Assembly (NCBI GenBank): GCA_026708055.1
Contig: JAPOVS010000019.1
Span: forward strand, 532 to 64,531
DNA length: 64,000 bases
Direction: 5' to 3'
From: a bacterium
GTDB taxonomy: Bacteria; Actinomycetota; Acidimicrobiia; Acidimicrobiales; CATQHL01
Made by a program: the position numbers and the translations under genes. Positions 1 to 9,129 of the stretch are shown here, in pieces (position 1 is the first letter of the stretch; each line of letters opens with the position of its first letter). Below the pieces are notes generated by a model, which did not search any database, had not been told where the DNA came from, and saw only the letters and a program-made list of their open reading frames with translations.

Positions 1-3000
1 CCCGCATGGGCGGGGACCACACGGTGACGGCCGAGTCGGCTATCAGCGTGTTGGGCTCACCCCCGCATGGGCGGGGACCACCTCGGCGAGGTCTGGGAGG
101 GCGACCTGAGCGAGGGCTCACCCCCGCATGGGCGGGGACCACGTCACCCAGGCCGGCCGCGTCGCCCGGCTCGCGGGCTCACCCCCGCATGGGCGGGGAC
201 CACCGCGCCTGCTCGGCGGCCGTGAGGGGCCCGTCGGGCTCACCCCCGCATGGGCGGGGACCACGCCTACCTCGCCGGCCACTACAGCGACAGCCAGGGC
301 TCACCCCCGCATGGGCGGGGACCACCCGTTGCCGTTTCCGGCGGCTTCCGCCTTGGGGGGCTCACCCCCGCATGGGCGGGGACCACCCAGGATGGACATC
401 CTGGCCGAGCGCCTGACGGGCTCACCCCCGCATGGGCGGGGACCACTTCCAAAGGCGTTCAACGTTCTTCCTTTCCTTGGGCTCACCCCCGCATGGGCGG
501 GGACCACGTCAAGGAGGCGTTGCGCGACGCCAGCGTGCGGGGCTCACCCCCGCATGGGCGGGGACCACACGGCCCGCGACGGCACCGGCGAGCTGCTCAC
601 GGGCTCACCCCCGCATGGGCGGGGACCACGTAACCTCGCGCCGGCTGCGGCCGGGAGCGTCGGGCTCACCCCCGCATGGGCGGGGACCACTCGCCGCCGG
701 CGGCGACGACGGGCCAGAACCGGGGCTCACCCCCGCATGGGCGGGGACCACAGGAAAACGCTTCCCTAACCGCTTACTATTGGGGGGCTCACCCCCGCAT
801 GGGCGGGGACCACGTGACGATCCCCCACGCCGGCGACCCCCTCTCGGGCTCACCCCCGCATGGGCGGGGACCACCACTTCGTCTCCAGAGGTCCCTGGTC
901 AGTTCTGGGCTCACCCCCGCATGGGCGGGGACCACGGTTCCTACCCAACAAGGCCGAAGCAACCGGGGGGCTCACCCCCGCATGGGCGGGGACCACAGCG
1001 CCGCCACCGTGGCGTCGGCCGACGCGAGGGGCTCACCCCCGCATGGGCGGGGACCACTGACGGTGACCGTGCCGTCGCCGGCGACGTTGAGGCTCACCCC
1101 CGCATGGGCGGGGACCACCTAGGGCCGCCTAGGGCCGCCTAGGGCGGTTCCGGCTCACCCCCGCATGGGCGGGGACCACTAGGTCGCGAGGCTGTTGAGG
1201 TAGGCGACCACGGGCTCACCCCCGCATGGGCGGGGACCACGGCGGCTGGGTCGACCCCAGCTTCACGGGCGAGGGCTCACCCCCGCATGGGCGGGGACCA
1301 CGTGAAGATGGCCCTGCGAGACGCGAGCGTGCGGGGCTCACCCCCGCATGGGCGGGGACCACCCGACGGCGGCGGGGTCGCCGGGGTGGCGGTCGTGGCT
1401 CACCCCCGCATGGGCGGGGACCACCGGCCCCCGGCCTCATCGGGAGCGCCGGGCCGTTGGCTCACCCCCGCATGGGCGGGGACCACTCCTGCTGATGTGC
1501 GCACCGTTGGTCCTCGGAGGGCTCACCCCCGCATGGGCGGGGACCACCCGCTGGTCGTCCGTGGCAAGTACGCAGCTATGGGCTCACCCCCGCATGGGCG
1601 GGGACCACCGTGCCCAGCGCGCCGATCACGGCCCAGTCCGCGGGCTCACCCCCGCATGGGCGGGGACCACCGGGCCCCCCAGCCCGACTCCAGGGAGTCC
1701 AGGGGCTCACCCCCGCATGGGCGGGGACCACCTCCCCGCGCCGACAGCGAAGGGGAGCTGGCCGGGCTCACCCCCGCATGGGCGGGGACCACAGGCGGCG
1801 CGTGACAGCGATGCGCAGCGTGTCGGGCTCACCCCCGCATGGGCGGGGACCACACGACTTGCTCCGCTGTGCGCTCGCGCGCGTCGGGCTCACCCCCGCA
1901 TGGGCGGGGACCACCTGCCTATGGCGCCGGGCGCCCGCGTCTCAGCGGGCTCACCCCCGCATGGGCGGGGACCACACCACGTCGGGCGACTCGCGGCCCG
2001 GATAGTCGGGCTCACCCCCGCATGGGCGGGGACCACAATGTCGATGGCGTCCGTCCGGTGCGTGTAGCGGGCTCACCCCCGCATGGGCGGGGACCACCCG
2101 AACGCGAGGTGGGGGGGCAGCAGCGCCTCGGGCTCACCCCCGCATGGGCGGGGACCACAGCGAGCCGGAGCGGGACGTGTTCAACCAGTTGGGCTCACCC
2201 CCGCATGGGCGGGGACCACTGTCTGATGTGATCCGGATTCCGGGGATGTCAAGGCTCACCCCCGCATGGGCGGGGACCACAGCGGGGGGCTGTAGGTGCC
2301 GGCGCCGTCGCTGGGCTCACCCCCGCATGGGCGGGGACCACGTACACGGCGGTGCCGCTGTCGTGCCGTCGGTAGGCTCACCCCCGCATGGGCGGGGACC
2401 ACGTACGTTATGTCCGTCGTGTGCGTCATTGTTGGGGCTCACCCCCGCATGGGCGGGGACCACCAGTACGAGCCGGCGAGCGTGAGGCCGTCGATGGGCT
2501 CACCCCCGCATGGGCGGGGACCACGTCTGGACGACCTCCACGGGCGGCGCGAGGACGGGCTCACCCCCGCATGGGCGGGGACCACACGCGGTCTTTGCAG
2601 AGCCGGACCGCGACCTCGGGCTCACCCCCGCATGGGCGGGGACCACAGGCGCCGAAACCCCGGCACGTTGAGGGGGTCGGGCTCACCCCCGCATGGGCGG
2701 GGACCACGTTCTTCGGCGGTTCTTCGGCGGTTCCTAGCCGGGCTCACCCCCGCATGGGCGGGGACCACGCCATGCTGAGCAGTTTCAGCGTCAGCCTGCT
2801 GGGCTCACCCCCGCATGGGCGGGGACCACCCGTAAGCGTGCGCCCGCACGACGAGCCGGTTGGGCTCACCCCCGCATGGGCGGGGACCACCAGGTCGGGC
2901 TCTCGGCGCAGCGTCCGTTGCCGGGCTCACCCCCGCATGGGCGGGGACCACCAACGCTTTCTTCGGTTGGGCTTGCCGTTGCCGTGGCTCACCCCCGCAT

Positions 3001-3074
3001 GGGCGGGGACCACCAACGCTTTCCTTGGTTGAACTTGCCGTTTGCCGGGCTCACCCCCGCATGGGCGGGGACCA
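1..3074 (-). CRISPR. Type I-E CRISPR array: 1 partial + 50 complete 29-nt repeats, 50 spacers (32-33 nt), 61-nt period; continues beyond window start
   Basis: + strand repeat GGGCTCACCCCCGCATGGGCGGGGACCAC recurs every ~61 nt from 1 to 3074. On the - strand it reads GTGGTCCCCGCCCATGCGGGGGTGAGCCC: 5 nt, 6-bp stem CCCCGC/GCGGGG, 4-nt loop, 8-nt handle. That is the I-E layout, and it shares the strand of the adjacent I-E cas operon. Confidence 0.97.
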
Positions 3075-3093
3075 CTCTCCTTGACCTGCTGGT

Positions 3094-3426
3094 TTAGGAG
3101 AGTGTCGACAGAATGCCCGGAATTGATGGATTGTCAAGATGCTCTGCGGGCAGCGCAACGAGTTGGAGTCCATCCAGGTCGATGATGTGCCTGCGATCGT
3201 CACCGCATGTGCGGATGGCGAATCCTTGCTCGGTGTCCTCTGGGCAGATAAGCAGCGCCCAGCCGCCGTGCGTCTCGTTCTCCACGATGCCCCACAGTTC
3301 GTCGCGCACGCGGGCTGACATGGTGCCGACGAAGACTCCTGCTGCTGGTTCGATCATCCATCGCGTTAGGGCGTGGCGGATATTCGGCGGTACTGCCGAT
3401 AGGATCATCGTGGCATGGCCGCTCAT
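3094..3426 (-). CDS. cas2: CRISPR-associated endoribonuclease Cas2 (I-E type)
   Basis: 110-aa ORF. Start overlaps the cas1 stop. Sequence (…RWMIEPAAGVFVG…VRDELW…) is typical of Cas2e, and its position is last in the I-E operon. The C-terminal ~17 codons are AT-rich (see findings). Confidence 0.9.
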   Translation of the reverse strand: MSGHATMILSAVPPNIRHALTRWMIEPAAGVFVGTMSARVRDELWGIVENETHGGWALLICPEDTEQGFAIRTCGDDRRHIIDLDGLQLVALPAEHLDNPSIPGILSTLS

Positions 3427-4388
3427 GACTTGGAGGCGTAGTTCACGCCAGCGGCAAGTGCCCCCATCTCGGGTGACCAGAGATGGACGACGCCGTCGTC
3501 ATCGGCTGGGGGGCGTTCATCGGGATTGTGACCCACGGGGTCGAGAACGTGCTGTATGTCTGACACGATGCGGCGGGTCAGGCGGAGCATCCTCCAGTTC
3601 TTTCGCATCGCGCCCCGTGCTGCGCTAGCTGGTTGGGGGCGCTTGGCAGCCGCGAAGGCCACAGGGACCGCGATCTCCAGTTTGTACAGGTCGGCGATGT
3701 CGAACACGAAGGATCGCTGTCCGCCCATGTGGATGAATCCCAGTGCCGGGGAGGCGCCGAGTGCTGCGATTACTGAGTGGACAGCGCTGTAGAGGACCTG
3801 GTTGGCGGTGGTGAGGGCTTGGTTCACAGGATCGGAGTCATCGAAGTTCTGAGGGTTGTAGGCGCGCCGGAACGGGATGCCGTACCGCTGCGACATCGTT
3901 CTGTAGGCATTCTTGACGCGGTGTCCCTCCATGCCTCGCAGTTGGTCGATTGTCTTGCCCTCGGCGAGAGCCTTGTCTGCGAACCTAAGGGTGTAGAGGC
4001 GTCGGGCCACCTCGGCGCGGGAGTCCTGGTCGGCCCATTGGGAAGCTTGGAGGTGGAGCCATCGGGTTGTGAGATTCTTGTGCGTGAGCGCTCCATGGAA
4101 ATGCGCTCCCGACTCGCCCGAGAGGACGATCACAGCGCCGTCGGCGAGGACCTGCGACGCGGCGGGCTGGGTTATCGAGGTGCCAGGGCCCAGTAGCAGG
4201 GCGGCCGCGGAGGCGGTGGGCAGATAGACCCTCTCGACCCCGCGCTGCTCAGTCCTGAATATGGCGTGAACTCCATTGTCGTCGCGCTCGACTCTGGCTC
4301 GGTCGATGTAGACGAATGAGAGTTGGTCGCTGACGCGCGGCAACATCACCAAGGTGGGGCGGTTGAGGCGCTGAGGGAGCTTCGGCAT
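3423..4388 (-). CDS. cas1: CRISPR-associated endonuclease Cas1 (I-E type)
   Basis: 321 aa, Cas1e-like throughout (…GFIHMGGQRSFVFDIADLYK…). Sits between cas6e and cas2. Confidence 0.95.
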   Translation of the reverse strand: MPKLPQRLNRPTLVMLPRVSDQLSFVYIDRARVERDDNGVHAIFRTEQRGVERVYLPTASAAALLLGPGTSITQPAASQVLADGAVIVLSGESGAHFHGALTHKNLTTRWLHLQASQWADQDSRAEVARRLYTLRFADKALAEGKTIDQLRGMEGHRVKNAYRTMSQRYGIPFRRAYNPQNFDDSDPVNQALTTANQVLYSAVHSVIAALGASPALGFIHMGGQRSFVFDIADLYKLEIAVPVAFAAAKRPQPASAARGAMRKNWRMLRLTRRIVSDIQHVLDPVGHNPDERPPADDDGVVHLWSPEMGALAAGVNYASKS

Positions 4389-4401
4389 CTCTACCGTCGT
4401 C

Positions 4402-5031
4402 TCATCGCCGGAGCCGTGCGACCGTCAGCAGTCCGCATCCCCACGCCTTGGCGCGTCCGACCCCTTCGGCAGCGGCAATCTTCAAGAGTTCGGGATCCGC
4501 TATCTCGGCCGTGCCGTCCACCCGCACGGAGTAGAGAGGGAACCCAGTGCCCCGACGTCTCAGATATCTGTCATGCAGGCCGGTGAGGACGGGAGCCTCG
4601 TGAAGTCGGAGGCCCGCTTTCGGTGCCAGATTTGCCCACCATGCAGGTCGTTCACTGGAGGGGACCACTGTGCGCTTCTCGGTGTCGGAGCGGCGGCTGA
4701 TCCTGACGGGGTTCAGCACCACCCTGTAGGCGAGCACCTGGCCTGCCTCGAGGGAGGCGAGGTGGTCGTCGATTGGTTTGGTCTGGCAAGAGGCGTAACC
4801 GCTCGGGAGTTTGTGGAAGTCGGGCGCTTGGGATGATTGCACCAGCAGAGTCGGTGAATCTGCGGGTTCGATCCTCCACAGAACCCCGAAGTGCCGGCGC
4901 GGCGAACCCGACCCGTCCGGCGCTGGGGGGAACATGCTCATGAGCGACCTGTGCATGTCTTGGGGGTCGGCCATGTCCCTGCGGCAGCGGCGGTTGCCCG
5001 GGTTGAGCCGCATCAACGAGAGGTGCGTCAT
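4402..5031 (-). CDS. cas6e: Cas6e (CasE) crRNA endoribonuclease
   Basis: I chose the internal ATG (MTHLSLMRLNPGNRR…) because it overlaps the cas5e stop as ATGA. The longer ORF-track extension is Arg-rich and overlaps cas5e. Position matches I-E synteny. Confidence 0.88.
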   Translation of the reverse strand: MTHLSLMRLNPGNRRCRRDMADPQDMHRSLMSMFPPAPDGSGSPRRHFGVLWRIEPADSPTLLVQSSQAPDFHKLPSGYASCQTKPIDDHLASLEAGQVLAYRVVLNPVRISRRSDTEKRTVVPSSERPAWWANLAPKAGLRLHEAPVLTGLHDRYLRRRGTGFPLYSVRVDGTAEIADPELLKIAAAEGVGRAKAWGCGLLTVARLRR

Positions 5032-5840
5032 GGCACTGCCCCCAACGAGTCGTAGATGGCCTTGATGCCCTCTCGCCCGCGCCCAGCGCAGGCACTGGCC
5101 GGGAATCGCAGGGTCTTGGTCACGATGTGCCTGTCGAGGTGGTAGAGCCGCCTCGGGTCGAAGGTCTCGGGGGCGTCCTTGCGGGTCGACGCCTGCAGCG
5201 GGTCCGATCCCGCAGGAGCGGACATTTCCACCAGGGCAGTGACTGAAGGCTCTCCGTTGTCGTCGGCTGCCTCGTAGAAGTCGGCATCGGACAACGCTCG
5301 TGCAGCCGCGCCGGGCGGGCTGCGGAGGAGCTTGGCAGTGGAGAGGATCTCCTCGGGTGTCTGACTGCCTGCTGCGGTGGTGACGGCGACACGCTCGGCG
5401 GGCGGGCAACTGCGGCGTCCTAGGTACAGCGGGCGCGCCGGGTTCGCCAGCGCATTGAGGATGTCGGTTGCCGACAACCCCTCTGGCGGCGGTGTGTACA
5501 CGGCCAAGAACGCCGCGTCCGACAAGTAGAAGCGGTCGGTGACCACAGGATTTCTGAGTTGCCTGCCGGTGTCGGAGGCCAGTGCGTAACGGCCGGGGGT
5601 GCCGATGGTATGGAAGTCGCTCAGCAGCCTGCCGGGCCTGTCGGCGCGCACCGCCAGTTCAGCCCCCGGGGCGATGTCGGCGATGGGGTCGGTGCGGCGA
5701 CGCCCGAGCGCATTGGCGATGATACCGACGACACCCGACAGCGACGGCATGGTCTCTGTCGGACGCTCATAGACGCCCGGGGCGGGGCCGCCCCACGATT
5801 GAAGCGGAGCCGTCAGCAGCATCACCACCCGATCAGTCAT
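5028..5840 (-). CDS. cas5e: Cas5e (CasD) Cascade subunit
   Basis: 270 aa. The N-terminus MTDRVVMLLTAPLQSWGG… is typical of Cas5e. Start and stop overlap both neighbours. Confidence 0.92.
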   Translation of the reverse strand: MTDRVVMLLTAPLQSWGGPAPGVYERPTETMPSLSGVVGIIANALGRRRTDPIADIAPGAELAVRADRPGRLLSDFHTIGTPGRYALASDTGRQLRNPVVTDRFYLSDAAFLAVYTPPPEGLSATDILNALANPARPLYLGRRSCPPAERVAVTTAAGSQTPEEILSTAKLLRSPPGAAARALSDADFYEAADDNGEPSVTALVEMSAPAGSDPLQASTRKDAPETFDPRRLYHLDRHIVTKTLRFPASACAGRGREGIKAIYDSLGAVP

Positions 5841-6979
5841 GAGTATGAGCCGTCGAGAGCCGTCTCAACGGCCGATATCAGGTCGTCGAGAGATGTGCAG
5901 GTCTCGCCCAGGCTGCTGAGGGGATCGTCAGGCGCGACCGACGCCACCGCGGCGCACCACGCGCCCGCCTGCCCTGCATCCCCATAGAACGCTGTTTCTG
6001 CGGCGGCGTGGGATGCGAGCCGGGCGATGCTCTCAGCCATGTGACCGCCGCCGCGCGGCCGGACCGGACTCTCAAACGCCGCGGCGAATGAGGCGGGCCT
6101 GTCGCTGCGCAACACTGCGGCCACCAGAGCTGGCCTGGTGTGGGCGTTCGCTGCGTTCTGCTTGCCGGTCGGCTCCGAGAGCGTGAACGCTCTGAGGAAA
6201 CTCGAGGCCGCCTCAGCCACAGTCGTCTCGGATCCGTCAAGAGACTCTCGCAAGGTTCCCAGCCCGATTGTGGCGTGACGGTAGAAGACGCCGCTCGTGA
6301 ACTCGTTGACGTTGATGTGGCCCGCGCCCGTCTCCTCGTCGTCGCCCTGAACCACATCATCGACCGCGGTGAAGTAGTCCTGTTCCACCGCGGAGGCATG
6401 GGTAGTGAAGGCATGAGCGACCTGAAGTGCGCCGTCCACGTTTGCACCTGCCGAGGACTCGGCAAGCATCCTGCCGCACAACGCGATGACGGCGTTCTTG
6501 GCCCGCAGCGGCTCGAGCAGGTCATCTTTGGTGCTCTTGGTCGGCTTGAAGTGCTCGTCCAGCATCGCCTCCCGGTGCTTGGCGACCTTGTGGGCGAGGC
6601 GGCGCGCAGCTTCGGCGGTGGTGAAGGTGAGTTGGTCGCCTTGGAGTTCACCCGCAGACGTCTCAGCGATCTTGATGCCCGCCAACTTGAACAGCTGGTC
6701 CACGGCCTCGCAGGCGTCCTCGTCGGCGAATCCATGGGATTCCGTCAGTTCCTCGCGCAACGACTGCGGCAGCCGGCGGGTGCGCAGCGCCTCGCCGAGG
6801 TCGGCGTTCTCCTCAAGCCACAAGCGAGCCGCCCGCTTCGTGCACTGCGACGAGATCCGGGCCCTGGCCGTTCCGCCGTAGATCATCTGCTTCGGGGTGC
6901 CGAGATTGTCCCGGTTGAGGTTGCTGTACGGCACCGCGTGCAGGATGTGGACATCGAGGAAGTTGGGGGTTGCATTCAT
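5837..6979 (-). CDS. cas7e: Cas7e (CasC) Cascade backbone subunit
   Basis: Internal ATG at 6979 gives MNATPNFLDVHILHAVPYSNLNRDNLGTPK…, a canonical Cas7e N-terminus. It overlaps the cse2 stop. Confidence 0.93.
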   Translation of the reverse strand: MNATPNFLDVHILHAVPYSNLNRDNLGTPKQMIYGGTARARISSQCTKRAARLWLEENADLGEALRTRRLPQSLREELTESHGFADEDACEAVDQLFKLAGIKIAETSAGELQGDQLTFTTAEAARRLAHKVAKHREAMLDEHFKPTKSTKDDLLEPLRAKNAVIALCGRMLAESSAGANVDGALQVAHAFTTHASAVEQDYFTAVDDVVQGDDEETGAGHINVNEFTSGVFYRHATIGLGTLRESLDGSETTVAEAASSFLRAFTLSEPTGKQNAANAHTRPALVAAVLRSDRPASFAAAFESPVRPRGGGHMAESIARLASHAAAETAFYGDAGQAGAWCAAVASVAPDDPLSSLGETCTSLDDLISAVETALDGSYS

Positions 6980-7566
6980 GGTTGATTCCTTTCGGCGAGA
7001 TCGTCGTTGGCCTCGTCGGCGCGCTTCGGCGAGGATGCGTCGTAGTAGGCGCTGTACCACCTGGATCTGACCCGGTGAGCCCAGTCGCCGCCCCGCACAA
7101 GGCCTCTCAGATCGGAGATCATCTGGGTCCAGTCGATTCGCTCGCCCTTGCACTTCGGCAGGCATCGCGTGATGTGGCCGAGCCGTGCAGAAGTTGATGA
7201 ACCTTCTCGGGTGACGCCTTCGAGAGTGCGCCGCGCCACATCGGGCGTGATCCCGTTGGCAGCGTCGCCCAGTTCCGCGGCGATAGTGTGGTACGGCTCG
7301 GGCCGCCCCGGATGGGTCACGGCGATCCACGCCGCGACGCGGGCCAGAATGAGGGCCTCGTCGGAATCGGCGGGCAGCCAGGCACCCAGCAGCCACCATG
7401 CATCGTCGTTGATGGTGCCATCGACGCGTAGCGACCGCCGTAACCGCGCCCGGTCCCCGGCATCGGCGGAACGGGACCGTACGAAGTCCACGAACTGCTC
7501 GTTGCGCGACCTTGACGCGCCTCGTGCCGAAGGCTCAGCCAGGTCGGTTCGTTCTGTGGATTTCAT
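6976..7566 (-). CDS. cse2: Cse2 (CasB/Cas11e) Cascade small subunit
   Basis: 196-aa helical Arg-rich protein between cse1 and cas7e. Called from I-E synteny. Confidence 0.88.
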   Translation of the reverse strand: MKSTERTDLAEPSARGASRSRNEQFVDFVRSRSADAGDRARLRRSLRVDGTINDDAWWLLGAWLPADSDEALILARVAAWIAVTHPGRPEPYHTIAAELGDAANGITPDVARRTLEGVTREGSSTSARLGHITRCLPKCKGERIDWTQMISDLRGLVRGGDWAHRVRSRWYSAYYDASSPKRADEANDDLAERNQP

Positions 7567-7572
7567 GGGCGT

Positions 7573-9129
7573 CTACTCCCCGGGTGATTCGGTGGCGGCG
7601 GATGATCGCCGCTGCCAAGCGGCAACCCATCTGCGACTCTCAACGGCGATCATGTGAGCGCGGGGATTATGCAACAGACCTGCGGTCGCTGTGTCATATC
7701 CTGCGAGCGCGTGGTTCCGCAGTCTGTCGGTCATGGTGCGCGTGTCGAGGCGATCAAGTGCAGAATCCCAGAAGTCGCTTTCGGATCGCCTCCAGAACTC
7801 GGCGCGCGCCGATCGGCATAGGAGGTCTTGGATTTCATATACTTGCCGTCCCCTATGAGGGATCAGGCAGACACGGCCATAGGGATCCTCCGAGGGATGG
7901 GGGCTCTTGTACACCTTGGCAATTTGGCTGACCATCCTCTCCTCGGCCTCTGAAGCGAGTGTCAGGAAGCCATGGGCACGGAGGGCTGCAGCGGGGGCGA
8001 ACAGGCTGAGCAGGTTCGGTGATGTCGATGTCGTCCAGGCGAGTTCCTTGGACTTGTCGCCGTTGTGGCTGATGGCCATCCAGGAGTACGTCTGCGGCTC
8101 GTACAGCGATGTGGCGTGCTCCCCGCGGGCCCAATCCAGGACTCGGGCGGACAGGTGTCTCCTGCCTTGATCGTCTTGGGCCAGTAGTGATTCGGCCTCC
8201 CGCCAGAACGCTCGGCCAGCACGGGGTTTGAGAGATTCCCGTTGCGCATCGACCAGAAGGTACGGGTCCCTCCAGCGCAGACTCTGGTCAACACCTGGGC
8301 CCTCGGAGATCGTGAACCCTGTCACATTCGCATCGGCCCCCTGCTCCACACCCGCCCGTAGCAGCATCGTCTTGTCCTGGCGACCGGCGACCTGCTCAAG
8401 AAGTCCTGGGATGCCAGTGGGGGGCGCTACGGGATTCGTTGGCGGCGGCTCCTCCCAGAACGGCCTGCCGAAGCCGGTTCCGTCTGGTGGACGAGGGACG
8501 AGATGGCCCACCAGTGTCACTGCAAGATCCGCTCCGACTGGATGCAACGAGATCGTGCGCCGTAGCGGTCCGGCAACGAATTTGCCCTTGCCGCGGAGGT
8601 CAGGATGCTTCGTGTGAAGCCCGCCAGACGCATAGGAGCGCTGCATCAGCAACTGCCTCGCCGCGGCGGCAGCGGGTATGGCAGTGCATTCGCCGTGAGG
8701 CCCAAGGGCCGGATTATTGCCGGACGCCCAGGCGTTAACCGCCTTGGCAGCTGGATGCGAGCCAGCTGTGTGCAAGGTTGGATCCTGGGCGAAGGGTGTC
8801 AGGCCTGCGGGCGGGTTGAGCAGCCAGAACCTGTCGTGGTGCTGTGCGAGGTATTGGCGCACGCGGCCGGGATCCAGGCGACCCTCGTCGAGCAGTCGCC
8901 GCTGACGCTCCGCGAACTGGGCGCGGTTCAGGGTCTCGTCGTCGAGTGCCGTGACCCGGTATGTGATGACTGCCATCAGCCGCAGCAGGACCGCGGCGAA
9001 GCTGGGTTCGCCGTCCGGCCAGCCGGGCAGTTCATGAGCCTCGGTCAACGCATCGGACAGAGACACCTCGCGCCCGCCGATGGGGATCCAGGCGTCATTC
9101 ACCAAGTTGAATCCACGAGAGTCACTCAT
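7573..9129 (-). CDS. cse1: Cse1 (CasA/Cas8e) Cascade large subunit
   Basis: 518 aa. The N-terminus …FNLVNDAWIPIGG… is typical of Cse1. Start overlaps the cas3 stop (ATGA). Confidence 0.92.
   Translation of the reverse strand: MSDSRGFNLVNDAWIPIGGREVSLSDALTEAHELPGWPDGEPSFAAVLLRLMAVITYRVTALDDETLNRAQFAERQRRLLDEGRLDPGRVRQYLAQHHDRFWLLNPPAGLTPFAQDPTLHTAGSHPAAKAVNAWASGNNPALGPHGECTAIPAAAAARQLLMQRSYASGGLHTKHPDLRGKGKFVAGPLRRTISLHPVGADLAVTLVGHLVPRPPDGTGFGRPFWEEPPPTNPVAPPTGIPGLLEQVAGRQDKTMLLRAGVEQGADANVTGFTISEGPGVDQSLRWRDPYLLVDAQRESLKPRAGRAFWREAESLLAQDDQGRRHLSARVLDWARGEHATSLYEPQTYSWMAISHNGDKSKELAWTTSTSPNLLSLFAPAAALRAHGFLTLASEAEERMVSQIAKVYKSPHPSEDPYGRVCLIPHRGRQVYEIQDLLCRSARAEFWRRSESDFWDSALDRLDTRTMTDRLRNHALAGYDTATAGLLHNPRAHMIAVESRRWVAAWQRRSSAATESPGE

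Noticed and set aside
6-3097. About 30 overlapping ORFs (60-240 aa) on both strands with recurring peptides GSPPHGRGP / LTPAWAGTT / AHPRMGGDH
   Set aside because: These are the three-frame translations of the 29-nt CRISPR repeat recurring every 61 nt. The periodicity and identical motifs show they are array artefacts, not a repeat protein.
4402-7399. Long N-terminal extensions of the cas6e (335-aa) and cas7e (520-aa) ORFs
   Set aside because: The extensions are Arg/Pro-rich and overlap the upstream cas gene in another frame. Internal ATGs at 5031 and 6979 give canonical N-termini and ATGA-type coupling to the preceding gene.
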